A stretch of DNA of 64,000 nt from an uncultured virus (IMG/VR IMGVR_UViG_3300042554_001444) (IMGVR_UViG_3300042554_001444), one strand, 5' to 3'; shown: positions 8,116 to 17,667, counted from the first letter of the stretch. Numbers and translations are program-made. The notes: generated from the sequence alone by a model not told the origin.

Positions 8116-11040
8116 ATGGGAAAAGGTGGAGGAGCAGGAAGCAAACTTTACGACTACTACGGCACCCTCGCGGGCGTGGTTTGCGCGGGGCCGGTGGACG
8201 AGCTTGTCGCCATCATTGTGGACGGCCGTACAGTTTGGCCAACCGCGACAGCGTGGGCCGTTGGGCAGACTGTTGCGCTCAACGACCTGCGGCAATCGTT
8301 TGGCGTCGTTTGGAAAGCCACTCAGGCCCACACAACGAGCAACGGCAACAAGCCGCCAGCGTCAACTCATTGGGTCCGCTATTCGTTGGTCCGAACCGTG
8401 GGACCGAGCGCAACGAATCCCTATCCGCTGACCGTGACCGGCTACGGGGCCGCGTATTTTTACTGGGGCACCGACGATCAAGTTCTCGACACCGTAGGAG
8501 AAGCCCGCCTTGCAGCAAACGGGCACCCGCCCTACCGCCGGCAAGCCGTTCTCGTTCTCAAGGACTTCCTTTTCGGCCGGGAGCGCACATCCGCGCCCAA
8601 CGTCGAGGTCGTCGTTCGCAGGAAGCCAAACCAGACGATGCTGACCGGAGATCCGGCCGCGTTGATTGACGGACAAGCCAATCCGGTGGCCGCCATGGCC
8701 GACCTTTACACTGACCCGGTATTCGGGGCCGCGCTGACGCCCGACACCCCGGGAGGACCGGACACCACGACGTGGCAGTCTGCCGCCAACGCGATCCAAA
8801 CCAGCATTGACGAAACCGGCATCTCGCCCGTTCTGACTCAGGCAAAGAGCCTCCGCCAGATCACCGCCGACTTGCTTGCCTATTGCGATGGATGGGTCCG
8901 GTTCTCGGCGGCCGGTGAGATCGAAGCCGGGCGGTTTCCACACAACGCAGCGCCGCCGACGTTCACCGACGCCACAACCATCGACTACCACGATCTCATC
9001 GACGAGGTGAGCTACACGGCCGACGGGTGGGCAACGACTTACAACCAGACCCAAGTCAAATTCAACGACCGTGAGCGCTCCTACCGGGATGGATCGGTCG
9101 CCGTGGTGAGTGGCTACAATCTCACCGTGACTGGGGAACCCCGCACCGCAAAGATTGATCGCCCGTGGATCACTCGCCGCGCTCAAGCATCCGAACACGC
9201 GGCCGAATACCAGAAGATCGTCGGTGAGCCCAAGCTTGCCGGATCGCTGGTCGTCCGCGCTGAAAAGGCCGCGAGCATTCGCCCCGGGAACCTATTCCTG
9301 CTGACCCACGACGCACTTTCGATCTCCGTTGTCTGCAGGTGCATTGGGAAAGACATCGCGCAACCGCCCGCAGGCCGCGCCACAATCCGCTTCGAGAGTG
9401 ACCGCGCATCCGCCCCGGTTCCGTTCGCTCCGACGGGAGCCGCTGACGAGGGGAGCGCCTACCCGGACAACGAAACGCTGTCGATCCAGCAGTTTTTTCA
9501 ACCGCCTCCGACAATGTTTGAGGGGGACACGGACGCCGCCGTTGTCCCGTTGATCGCCCGAACATCGCCGGTAACAACCTCGGCAAACGTGTGGCTTCGG
9601 AAGGACGACGCCTCAGGGTTTTACGGGCTCGGATCCATCGACCAGTTTTCAATTCACGGCACCATCCAAGCCTCTTGGTCGTACTACAGCCGGGCGACAT
9701 CAACCCGGAGCCGATCCACCAACGTGGCCACAATTGTGACCTCGGCCGCACACAATCTGGCAACCGGGGACGTGGTGACCATCTACGGGTTTGCGGACGC
9801 GACCTTCGACGGTGTTTTCACGGTGACTGTGGTCAACTCGACGACGTTCACCTACCCGAACACGGGATCGTTTGTTTCGACGACCACCGACACGGCTGGA
9901 ACCGTGACCACCGGCAACGAGGACAACACCGAAAACCTTCGGGTCACGCTCGACGCGGGCACGGTCGGTGCAGACTTGTCCAAAATGCTGGACACCCAGA
10001 CCGAGGACGCGATCAACGACAACGCGGTCTACGTCGTAATCTTCCAGGACTCCGACCGAAAAGTCTTCGAGGTTTGCACCCTGCGTGCCATGCGGATCAT
10101 CTCTGGGGATTCGTTTTATCGGCTCAAGGTCCGCCGCGCTCGGTACGGAACCGAAACAAGGACGGCCGCCATCGGTGACAAGGTTTGGATCGGCTACCGG
10201 ACCGACATTGCACCGATGACCCACAATTCCTTCGTAGCCTATCTGGAGGGGCTTTCGACCGCTACTTTCCGACTTCAGTCCGCGAACTCCGAGTCGGTGG
10301 CCGACCTGTCAAACACCACGCTTTGCCCAAACATTTCCTACACTTTTGCCGATCCCTACGCTCCGACGACAACCTTCACTTCGGTTCAAAGGCTGACCAA
10401 TGTCACGGCAAACACGTGGACCGAGATCACAGACTTTACGGGTCACTTTGAGGTGACGGACCGCTTCCGCGTTGAAGCCAGTCTTGTCGATTCATCTGGG
10501 GACCTGACCGCGGCGCGACTGTACGCCAAAAACGGATCTTCCGAACTGACTCTGTGGTCTGCCAGTTACACGGAATCATCGACTCAAAAAATCACAGCCG
10601 AGTTCACCATTCCTACCAAGGGGGCATGGCAGGTCTTCATGGCCGGCATCGACAAGTCGGGACGAATTCGAATCAAACAACTCACTGCCGGGGGCGGGTC
10701 TGCATCGGTCACCATCAACATCAAGCCGAACAACACTGAGACATCCGCGCCGAGTTTCACTCCTCCAGGCATCGGTTTTCGGGCGAATCAATTCCCCATT
10801 ACCGTAACGCTCAAGACGACGACGGCAGGGGCTCAAATCAAGTATTCCATCGTGGACCTTGGTCAGCCAGCCGGCACCTTCACGAACGTGGCAGCAACCA
10901 CCGCGACGGTCGTTGTCGGGCGCAACAAGCGTCTCTGGGCCAAGGCCGACGTTGGTGGAGCCAACGAGTCAATCTTGCTTTTGCACGAGTATTACATCGA
11001 GATCGACGACTACTATCCGCCGCGCGGCTCATTGCCATGA
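8116..11040 (+). CDS. Tail tip/central fibre (J/megatron-like)
   Basis: 974 aa; GKGGG, CAGPVD, PPYR, PNVEVVVRR, ANPV and VRRARYGT motifs; Thr-rich beta domains. Confidence 0.85.
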   Translation: MGKGGGAGSKLYDYYGTLAGVVCAGPVDELVAIIVDGRTVWPTATAWAVGQTVALNDLRQSFGVVWKATQAHTTSNGNKPPASTHWVRYSLVRTVGPSATNPYPLTVTGYGAAYFYWGTDDQVLDTVGEARLAANGHPPYRRQAVLVLKDFLFGRERTSAPNVEVVVRRKPNQTMLTGDPAALIDGQANPVAAMADLYTDPVFGAALTPDTPGGPDTTTWQSAANAIQTSIDETGISPVLTQAKSLRQITADLLAYCDGWVRFSAAGEIEAGRFPHNAAPPTFTDATTIDYHDLIDEVSYTADGWATTYNQTQVKFNDRERSYRDGSVAVVSGYNLTVTGEPRTAKIDRPWITRRAQASEHAAEYQKIVGEPKLAGSLVVRAEKAASIRPGNLFLLTHDALSISVVCRCIGKDIAQPPAGRATIRFESDRASAPVPFAPTGAADEGSAYPDNETLSIQQFFQPPPTMFEGDTDAAVVPLIARTSPVTTSANVWLRKDDASGFYGLGSIDQFSIHGTIQASWSYYSRATSTRSRSTNVATIVTSAAHNLATGDVVTIYGFADATFDGVFTVTVVNSTTFTYPNTGSFVSTTTDTAGTVTTGNEDNTENLRVTLDAGTVGADLSKMLDTQTEDAINDNAVYVVIFQDSDRKVFEVCTLRAMRIISGDSFYRLKVRRARYGTETRTAAIGDKVWIGYRTDIAPMTHNSFVAYLEGLSTATFRLQSANSESVADLSNTTLCPNISYTFADPYAPTTTFTSVQRLTNVTANTWTEITDFTGHFEVTDRFRVEASLVDSSGDLTAARLYAKNGSSELTLWSASYTESSTQKITAEFTIPTKGAWQVFMAGIDKSGRIRIKQLTAGGGSASVTINIKPNNTETSAPSFTPPGIGFRANQFPITVTLKTTTAGAQIKYSIVDLGQPAGTFTNVAATTATVVVGRNKRLWAKADVGGANESILLLHEYYIEIDDYYPPRGSLP

Positions 11041-11048
11041 AATAGGTC

Positions 11049-11077
11049 TGGACAGAAACCCAACGTTGGGTTTAGGT
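11049..11077 (+). promoter_or_regulatory. Putative promoter with palindromic operator AAACCCAACGTTGGGTTT (11056-11073)
   Basis: TGGACA -35-like hexamer; perfect 18-bp palindrome; second copy at 16071-16088. Confidence 0.7.
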
Positions 11078-11085
11078 GGGGCCGC

Positions 11086-11229
11086 GTGAAGTGCCCCGTC
11101 TGCAATTCAATTTTTGCTGCAAGCCTTGCCGAGTTCGGCAGGGAGATGGGGCGCAGCATGTCGAAATCAAAGGCCGATGCCGCCCGCCGCAACGGCAAAA
11201 AAGGTGGCCGGCCGAGAAAGAAAAAATGA
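11086..11229 (+). CDS. 47-aa basic DNA-binding-like protein (CxxC + NGKKGGRP)
   Basis: Not in ORF track; MKCPVCNSIF...KADAARRNGKKGGRPRKKK; ATGA overlap with next gene. Confidence 0.7.
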   Translation: MKCPVCNSIFAASLAEFGREMGRSMSKSKADAARRNGKKGGRPRKKK

Positions 11230-12269
11230 CTGAGAACAATGACCTAGAAATCGTGGCACCTGACGCCATTGGTTCAATCGAACGCGCCCAGATCGACGTT
11301 CAAATCTCAACCGCTCGGAAGTACCCGCGCACCCTTAGCAAAGTCAAAGAGCGGATGCTCTCGTTTGCCACGCTCGACGAGGAAACCGCATCGTCATGCT
11401 TTTACACGCTGCCCGCCCGCCGGGGTGGGGACGACAAGCCGATCCAAGGACCGAGCGTCCGCATGGCCGAGATCGCTCTGGCCAGTTACCAACACGTCAA
11501 AGCGGGCTCCCGCATCATCGCCGACGATGGCAAGTTCCTGACCGCTCAGGCCGTGGTCCACGATCTCGAAAACAATGTGGCGGTCTCCATCGAGGTCCGC
11601 CGCCGGGTGACCAGCAAAAGCGGGGCCCGGTATTCTGACGACATGATTGCAGTCACCGGCAACGCCGCTTGCTCAATCGCCCTCCGAAACGCCGTGTTCC
11701 GGGTCGTGCCCCGGGCGCTTATCACCCCGGTCTACGAAGCAGCCAAGCGGGTGGCAGTTGGGGACGTCAAATCGCTGACCAGTAAGCGGGCCCAGATCAT
11801 CGCGCGGCTGAAGCAGATGGGGGCCAAAGACGCGAACATCCTTGCCGCCGTTGGAGCCGACAAAATCGAAGACATCGACCTCGCCAAGCTCGAGGTGCTG
11901 ATCGGCCTCGGGACTGCGATCAAGGACGGGGAGACCACGCTTGAGAACGCTTTCCCGGGCGCATCACCAAAGGAGGAAGGCAAGCCGATCTTCAAGGAGG
12001 AGACAAAAGCCGTGGAGCCTGTGCCTACCGCGCCCGCTACGCCGGAGCCTACCAACAGCACCACAGAGCCCGAAAAGACGCCTCAGGACCGTCTGGCCGC
12101 ATTGGTCACCGATGCTGGCTTCAGCTTGGATCTGTTCAACAAGTGGGCCGTGCCCGACTTCATCCAGCAGGAGGCCGCGACATGGGCCGACGTGCCCGAG
12201 CAGTTCGCCACCCGTTGCCTGAAGGGTTCCAAAGGCCTTATCACCCAACTGAAGGGGGTGGCACAGTGA
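11226..12269 (+). CDS. Conserved phage protein, probable ssDNA-annealing/recombination protein
   Basis: IDVQISTARKYPR and GPSVRMAE motifs; recombination-module context. Confidence 0.55.
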   Translation: MTENNDLEIVAPDAIGSIERAQIDVQISTARKYPRTLSKVKERMLSFATLDEETASSCFYTLPARRGGDDKPIQGPSVRMAEIALASYQHVKAGSRIIADDGKFLTAQAVVHDLENNVAVSIEVRRRVTSKSGARYSDDMIAVTGNAACSIALRNAVFRVVPRALITPVYEAAKRVAVGDVKSLTSKRAQIIARLKQMGAKDANILAAVGADKIEDIDLAKLEVLIGLGTAIKDGETTLENAFPGASPKEEGKPIFKEETKAVEPVPTAPATPEPTNSTTEPEKTPQDRLAALVTDAGFSLDLFNKWAVPDFIQQEAATWADVPEQFATRCLKGSKGLITQLKGVAQ

Positions 12270-13033
12270 ACCCGCTCGCCCTCCGCAACGTCGGGTCCGT
12301 CGAAATTGCAATCAACCCGGGCGCAATCGAAACCCGGGACGAAGCAATCAACACCGCGGGCCTCATCATCAACGTCCGCAATCAAGGCCAGTTTGCCGCA
12401 GGGGCCGATGCGCTCAAAGGACTCAAGATCGTCTCGAAGGCGGTCGAAATGTCCCGCACTGCCGCCAAGGCTCCGGTGCTGGAGCTTGGAAAACGGATCG
12501 ACGGAGCCGCCAAGGACTTTCTTGCCGAGGTGGACACCGAAATCCTTCGACTGACCGCGCTGCTGACATCCTACGAGGTAGAGCAACGCCGGATCGCTGC
12601 CGAGGCAGAACGCCAGCGCCAGGAGAAAGAACGCCGCCGACAAGCCGAGGAGGCTGCCCGAATGGCTGAAATCACACGCCAGCAGCAAGCCGCAGCACGG
12701 GCCGAGCTTCTCGCAAACACTGAACGCGAGCGGGCCGCAGCCGAAGCCCGACGCATCGCCGCAGAATCAGCCGCAGCAATCGAACGAGCCGCCGCGGCAG
12801 AAAGACAAGCCAACCTTCCGGCAGTCGTCGAACCGCCGAAGGTCGCCGGAACCGTGGTCCGCGAGGACTGGACTTTTGAGGTTCTCGACCTCCGAGCATT
12901 CGCCCAGGCCCACCCGGACCTTGTCGAGATCACCGTCCGCCGGGCTGACGTGCTAAAGATGATCCGAGGTGGCTGCCGGCAGTTGGCCCACGCTCGCATC
13001 TACACCGAGACAAAAGTGGGGGTGCGCGTATGA
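12266..13033 (+). CDS. Coiled-coil phage protein (Gam/Gp157-like)
   Basis: Long E/R/A coiled coil; C-terminal WTFEVLDL...IRGG. Confidence 0.55.
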   Translation: MNPLALRNVGSVEIAINPGAIETRDEAINTAGLIINVRNQGQFAAGADALKGLKIVSKAVEMSRTAAKAPVLELGKRIDGAAKDFLAEVDTEILRLTALLTSYEVEQRRIAAEAERQRQEKERRRQAEEAARMAEITRQQQAAARAELLANTERERAAAEARRIAAESAAAIERAAAAERQANLPAVVEPPKVAGTVVREDWTFEVLDLRAFAQAHPDLVEITVRRADVLKMIRGGCRQLAHARIYTETKVGVRV

Positions 13034-13302
13034 GCGCAATCAACGACGGCGGGTCCGCATTCCCGACGACCGCAACCGCAACAACTGTTTCAAAACAGAA
13101 CGACGGCGATTCGGTGCTGACAAACTACGGCAGCAGTCCAGGCATGACCCTCCGCGTTTGGCTGGCCGGCAAGGCGTTGCAGGGCTGGGCCGCTGGGCGC
13201 AACCACTCAATGACCGAGGCGTCCGACCACGACACTGTCGCCAAGGCTTGCTTGCAGTACGCCGACGCAATCATCCGTGCTGCTAAGGAGGAATCGAAAT
13301 GA
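13030..13302 (+). CDS. Small phage protein, DGGxAFP...GMTLR...ADA family
   Basis: Paralog of 17446-17667. Confidence 0.75.
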   Translation: MSAINDGGSAFPTTATATTVSKQNDGDSVLTNYGSSPGMTLRVWLAGKALQGWAAGRNHSMTEASDHDTVAKACLQYADAIIRAAKEESK

Positions 13303-13688
13303 GCGAAGACATCAACCGCATCGAGGAACTTGCCGCGCTCATCCAAGCCGAGGTTCCGCGCCTCATCGGGGAGGCTACCGACGCAATCAACGAGTCAATC
13401 AACGTGGCGCTGGAGGAAGCCCAGGAGACCGAATCCGACGCCCCGGCCAAACTCCGGCTCGCGATCACCGCAACGTGGAATCTCGACACCAACACCGTCG
13501 AGGTCTCCATGCCGGTGGCAGTGAAGCGCAAATTCACCCGGACGGTAAAGCTGCCGGATCACAACCAGAAGGACTTGCCGTTTATCGTTACGGAGGAAGA
13601 TCGAGAAACCATGGTTGCTCGACTCAAGGCTCAAGGTTTGACCGTCCATGAAAACGTCAAGCTCACCACGGGAGGCATCAATGAGTGA
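13299..13688 (+). CDS. Hypothetical protein
   Basis: ATGA-coupled ORF preceded by GGAGG. Confidence 0.7.
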   Translation: MSEDINRIEELAALIQAEVPRLIGEATDAINESINVALEEAQETESDAPAKLRLAITATWNLDTNTVEVSMPVAVKRKFTRTVKLPDHNQKDLPFIVTEEDRETMVARLKAQGLTVHENVKLTTGGINE

Positions 13689-14769
13689 CGAACGCCGCGG
13701 GCTTCCATCCGCATCATCGGCGCAACGCTATGCACTGTGCCCAGGCTCGTTCCTGCTTGAGCAATCCATCACGACGCCAGAGGTAACCAGCGACGACGCC
13801 AGCATGGGAAACCGGATCCACGGTTACCTTGCCGGGGACAAAATCACACTCACCGAGGATGAGCAGATGATCGCCGATCAATGTCGTCGTCAGCAGATCG
13901 AGCTTGAGGACAGCCTGATTCCCGTTCAACCCCACACAGCCGTTGAACGCCGGCTTTGGCACTACGACGACAACCTCGAGCCTCGATGGTCCGGGAAGCC
14001 AGATCGGGTCAGTTGGTGGGGCATTGGGGCCGTTGTCATCGACTACAAGACCGGCCGCGGCGAGGTCGAACACGCTGCCGGCAACATCCAACTCCGGGCA
14101 CTGGCCGTGCTCGCAGACCAGCACCATGGGCCATTCCAAAAGATTACGGTCGCCATCGTTCAACCGCTTGCCGGTGAGCCCACGGTCTGCACCTACGCCG
14201 ATGACGACATCTCAAAAGCATACGATGAGGTGAACGACCTCATGGAGTTGGTTCAGACGCCGGGACAACCGCGCAACCCATCAACCGAGGCTTGCAAATA
14301 CTGCAAGGCCAAGGAGGTCTGCCCGGAGGCCCGCGGGGTGGTTCAGAAACTGCCCGCGCTCGTTCCTCGGGACGGGCTCGAGATCGTCATGACTCCCGAG
14401 CAGATCGCCGAGTTCCTCGAGAAGGCACCGCTGGCCGAGGCTGTGATCGAAGCCGTCCGGGGCAAGGCTCGCCGAATGATCGAGTCCAAGCAGGAAATCC
14501 CGGGTTGGAGACTCAAGCCGGGCGCCATCCGCGAAAGCATCACCAACCCGGAACTAGCTTTCGCCCGGTTCTTAGACGCGGGCGGGACTCAAGCCCAGTT
14601 CGTTGGAGCCATCACCGTGGCCAAGACCAAGTTCAAGGACGCGGTCAAGGCGGCCACAGGACGAAAGGGCAAAGACCTCGACGGGTTCGTTGAGATCATG
14701 CTCGACGGCTGCACCGAGGCCAAGGCCACCGCCCCGTCGCTTGTCCAGGACAAGGAGGTGGCAAAGTGA
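13681..14769 (+). CDS. PD-(D/E)XK Cas4-like exonuclease (DUF2800-like)
   Basis: SASS...CPGS, GNRIH, GKPD, IDYKTG, QL, CKYC...C motifs. Confidence 0.88.
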   Translation: MSDERRGLPSASSAQRYALCPGSFLLEQSITTPEVTSDDASMGNRIHGYLAGDKITLTEDEQMIADQCRRQQIELEDSLIPVQPHTAVERRLWHYDDNLEPRWSGKPDRVSWWGIGAVVIDYKTGRGEVEHAAGNIQLRALAVLADQHHGPFQKITVAIVQPLAGEPTVCTYADDDISKAYDEVNDLMELVQTPGQPRNPSTEACKYCKAKEVCPEARGVVQKLPALVPRDGLEIVMTPEQIAEFLEKAPLAEAVIEAVRGKARRMIESKQEIPGWRLKPGAIRESITNPELAFARFLDAGGTQAQFVGAITVAKTKFKDAVKAATGRKGKDLDGFVEIMLDGCTEAKATAPSLVQDKEVAK

Positions 14770-15218
14770 ACCCCATCATGGAACCGGAGGACGCCCACCC
14801 GATGGAGTTCGTCCGGGAGTTTATGTTTCGATTCCAGCAAGCTGTTCCTCCGACCGTCGGAATGCCAGACCCGGAGACCCACAACCTCCGGTGGAGGCTA
14901 ATCGACGAGGAAGCCCAGGAACTGCGGGACGCGACCAGCTTGGTGCAATATCTCGATGCCGTCGGGGACTTGCTCTACGTGGTCTACGGGGCCGCCATAG
15001 CCGCGGGATTCACCGCCCACCAAATCGAGGCCGCAGTCTACGAGATCCACCGGAGCAATCTGTCAAAGCTTTGGAGCGCCGACGAGATCTTCAGCATTCC
15101 GGCAGATTGCCGAGCCAGCCACGTCGGGGACGGGCGCTACATCGTCCGACGCAACGACGGCAAGGTCATCAAGAGCCCGACCTACTCGCCGGCAAACCTT
15201 CAAGCCATCATCCAATGA
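14766..15218 (+). CDS. MazG-like/PRA-PH NTP pyrophosphohydrolase
   Basis: LIDEEAQEL, DAVGDLLYVVYG, IHRSNLSK and DGKVIK motifs. Confidence 0.88.
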   Translation: MNPIMEPEDAHPMEFVREFMFRFQQAVPPTVGMPDPETHNLRWRLIDEEAQELRDATSLVQYLDAVGDLLYVVYGAAIAAGFTAHQIEAAVYEIHRSNLSKLWSADEIFSIPADCRASHVGDGRYIVRRNDGKVIKSPTYSPANLQAIIQ

Positions 15219-15547
15219 GAGGCCTTCAATCCTTCGGCTTCGGCCGCATTCACACCGCCGCCGAGATCCACACCAACGACGACGGCAACAAGTTCCTCCA
15301 GATGGTCGTCGAGTTCGAGGACCGGCTTCTCCAGAAGTCCGGCAAGCTCTACCAGCAAAGAGTCTTGTTCCGTTCCTTCGATGTGCTGGACCAAGACCGA
15401 TGCAACGAGCTCACAGAAGACCGCTACGTCATCATTGACGGGCTTGTCGATGCGGTCGCTGAAAAGAGCCCAACAGGCTGGTGGTACGCCAACCCTCGGG
15501 TCACCGGCCGGATCCACCAAATCCTAGACACCGACCAACATGGCTGA
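15215..15547 (+). CDS. OB-fold/SSB-like protein
   Basis: GRI...EI, then beta strands and YVIIDGLV; true start inside track ORF 14603-15547. Confidence 0.5.
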   Translation: MRGLQSFGFGRIHTAAEIHTNDDGNKFLQMVVEFEDRLLQKSGKLYQQRVLFRSFDVLDQDRCNELTEDRYVIIDGLVDAVAEKSPTGWWYANPRVTGRIHQILDTDQHG

Positions 15548-16010
15548 CGTGCTTCAGTTCTTCGTTGCTGGAGTCCCAAAGGCCCAGCCACGAGTCAAAG
15601 CGTGCCGGCGCGGCAACCACGCAGGCGTCTACGATCCGGGCACGGCAGACGCATGGAAGAAGCTGGTCGGTGCCGGTGCTTTGGCGCACTGGAACCGGGT
15701 GCAGTTACTTGGGTCGCTACGCCTTGTCCTACTGTTCGGAATGCAGCGCCCAAAAGCGCATTACAACCGCCACGGGGACGTTCGCCCGACCTCACCAAAG
15801 TGGCACACATCAAAGCCTGACGTGGACAACCTCGCCAAGGCTGTCATGGACGCATTGACCCAGCTTGGAGTCTGGGAAGACGATTCCCAAGTGGTCCGTT
15901 TGGACGTTGGAAAAGTCTACGCAACCCGGCCGGGATGCATCTGCATCCTTGGTTTTGCAGAGTCGGACGACCCGTGCCTGTCGCTGGAAATGCGACATTT
16001 TACGGGCTAA
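15540..16010 (+). CDS. rusA: RusA-like Holliday junction resolvase
   Basis: GVPKAQPR, KPDVDNLAKAVMDAL and WEDDSQVV motifs. Confidence 0.92.
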   Translation: MADVLQFFVAGVPKAQPRVKACRRGNHAGVYDPGTADAWKKLVGAGALAHWNRVQLLGSLRLVLLFGMQRPKAHYNRHGDVRPTSPKWHTSKPDVDNLAKAVMDALTQLGVWEDDSQVVRLDVGKVYATRPGCICILGFAESDDPCLSLEMRHFTG

Positions 16011-16063
16011 TTCACCACAGGGGCCGCGCATCTGACCAACGCGAAAAAAAATTAAAAAATGTT

Positions 16064-16092
16064 TTGCAATGAACCCAGCGTTGGGTTTTACT
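16064..16092 (+). promoter_or_regulatory. Putative promoter with second operator copy GAACCCAGCGTTGGGTTT (16071-16088)
   Basis: TTGCAA -35, A-rich UP-like tract upstream, same register as 11049-11077. Confidence 0.7.
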
Positions 16093-16133
16093 CATCACAT
16101 CGAAGGCAACGAAGCCTGAGAGAAACGAAACGA

Positions 16134-16469
16134 ATGACAACTTTATCAAATCTGATTTCCGCCCTGATCATCGTGGAGTCCAGCAACAACGACCTGGCCA
16201 TCGGTGACGGCGGCAAAGCAATCGGCCCGCTCCAGATTCACCGGGCAGTCGTGACCGACGTGAACCGGATCACCGGGGCGCACTACCGGCACCAAGACAT
16301 GACCAACCGGGCACAGGCCAGGGCGGTCTGCGAGGCTTATCTGCGGCACTACGGCAAGGGAAAGACCACCGAGGATCAAGCCCGGATCTGGAATGCGGGA
16401 CCTCAGGGACACAAGAAGAAGACGGCGACCGAGGCTTATTGGGCCAAGGTGCAGAAACACCTCAAATGA
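16134..16469 (+). CDS. Lysozyme-superfamily hydrolase (SLT/destabilase-like), candidate endolysin
   Basis: IVES...AIGD.G.AIGPLQI, ARIWNAGP and YWAKV motifs. Confidence 0.8.
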   Translation: MTTLSNLISALIIVESSNNDLAIGDGGKAIGPLQIHRAVVTDVNRITGAHYRHQDMTNRAQARAVCEAYLRHYGKGKTTEDQARIWNAGPQGHKKKTATEAYWAKVQKHLK

Positions 16470-16506
16470 ATTTCTCGAAGAATAAACAAATCATCAACAA
16501 CACAAA

Positions 16507-16740
16507 ATGAAACCAAAACCCAAAATGACCTACGAGGAGCACGTACAGTTTGGACGTATGCTCAAAGATATCCGCCTGATGCTTTTCAAGGCGTGCAATG
16601 AAGGAGGCGTGAGTTCAAGGGAGGCCCGGGCAGCACAATCAATGGAAAAGAAACTCAACCAAGTGCAAAGCATCTTTGAAGGACCGCTGTTCCGAAATTA
16701 CCCAGACAAAGCCAATTTCGAGGTCTACTACGGACAATGA
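16507..16740 (+). CDS. Hypothetical protein
   Basis: ORF in AT-richer accessory block. Confidence 0.6.
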   Translation: MKPKPKMTYEEHVQFGRMLKDIRLMLFKACNEGGVSSREARAAQSMEKKLNQVQSIFEGPLFRNYPDKANFEVYYGQ

Positions 16741-16752
16741 AATCCAATACCA

Positions 16753-16911
16753 ATGAATCCTAAACCCAAACGACCGCTATCAAAGGTAGTGGTAATATCT
16801 GACGACACACACGCAAAGTTGAAAGCCTATGCAAAGAAAATGGGATACAAAACCCAGCACGTCGCCGACGAAGCTGTGATGGAATACCTACAGAGAAAGG
16901 AAACAAAGTGA
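16753..16911 (+). CDS. Ribbon-helix-helix-like DNA-binding protein (52 aa)
   Basis: Not in track; KVVVISDDTHAKLKAYAKKMG...VADEAVMEYL strand-helix-helix pattern. Confidence 0.65.
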   Translation: MNPKPKRPLSKVVVISDDTHAKLKAYAKKMGYKTQHVADEAVMEYLQRKETK

Positions 16912-17102
16912 GCAAGAAAACCGAGGAAACATTCCGCATCACATTGAAAGGGCTTCTGTCCCTCTACCTGCCCGAAAAGATGATGAGTGAGGTGTACAAC
17001 GCAATTGAGTTATCCTGCCGTCGCAACGGATGGGGCATTGCAATCAACGAAGAGAACCGGCTGGACTTTGTTGAGATGGTAAAAGTGGAGGACAAGCAAT
17101 GA
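16908..17102 (+). CDS. Hypothetical protein
   Basis: GTGA/ATGA coupled on both sides. Confidence 0.65.
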   Translation: MSKKTEETFRITLKGLLSLYLPEKMMSEVYNAIELSCRRNGWGIAINEENRLDFVEMVKVEDKQ

Positions 17103-17449
17103 ACATCGAACAAACCAAAGAAGCCATCCGCGTCATGCAGGCGTTTGTGGATGGGAAGGAAATTCAATCTTTAGCGCCTTTTGAAGAATGGATTACAACA
17201 GATCAACCGGCTTGGAATTTTACATCCTACACCTACCGCATCAAACCCATCCCTGTTCTTCGTCCGTGGACTCCGGATGAGGTTCCGTTGGGGGCGTGGA
17301 TGAGAAACATTACAAACAGTGAATACCGATGGTTGATTAACACATCGGGAAACGATGACGCACGCAAAGATTGGATTGTGGGTTACGAACACTCCATCGA
17401 CAAGGGTGTTACATGGCTCCCGTGCGGGGTGATGGAGGAATCGAAATGA
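17099..17449 (+). CDS. Conserved phage hypothetical protein
   Basis: IRVMQAFVDGKEIQ...PAWNF..YRIKP. Confidence 0.7.
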   Translation: MNIEQTKEAIRVMQAFVDGKEIQSLAPFEEWITTDQPAWNFTSYTYRIKPIPVLRPWTPDEVPLGAWMRNITNSEYRWLINTSGNDDARKDWIVGYEHSIDKGVTWLPCGVMEESK

Positions 17450-17667
17450 GTGCACTAATCAACGACGGAGGACCGGCGTTTCCGATGGGGTATCATCCCG
17501 AAGGTAACAATGCTGACCACTTCGGTATGACAATTCGCGACTACTTCGCGGCGGCGGCGTTGCAGGGGATACTGGCTGATGGAGGTGGCGCAAGCTGGGA
17601 TGATGATGCGAAGAATGCATACGCAGTGGCCGACGCAATGATCCGAGCGAGGGAGGCCAAGCTGTGA
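17446..17667 (+). CDS. Small phage protein, DGGPAFP...GMTIRDYFAA family
   Basis: Paralog of 13030-13302; ends in junction repeat (REAKL). Confidence 0.8.
   Translation: MSALINDGGPAFPMGYHPEGNNADHFGMTIRDYFAAAALQGILADGGGASWDDDAKNAYAVADAMIRAREAKL

Noticed and set aside
13681..14769. CRISPR-associated Cas4
   Set aside because: Stand-alone phage PD-(D/E)XK exonuclease in a recombination module; no array or other cas genes
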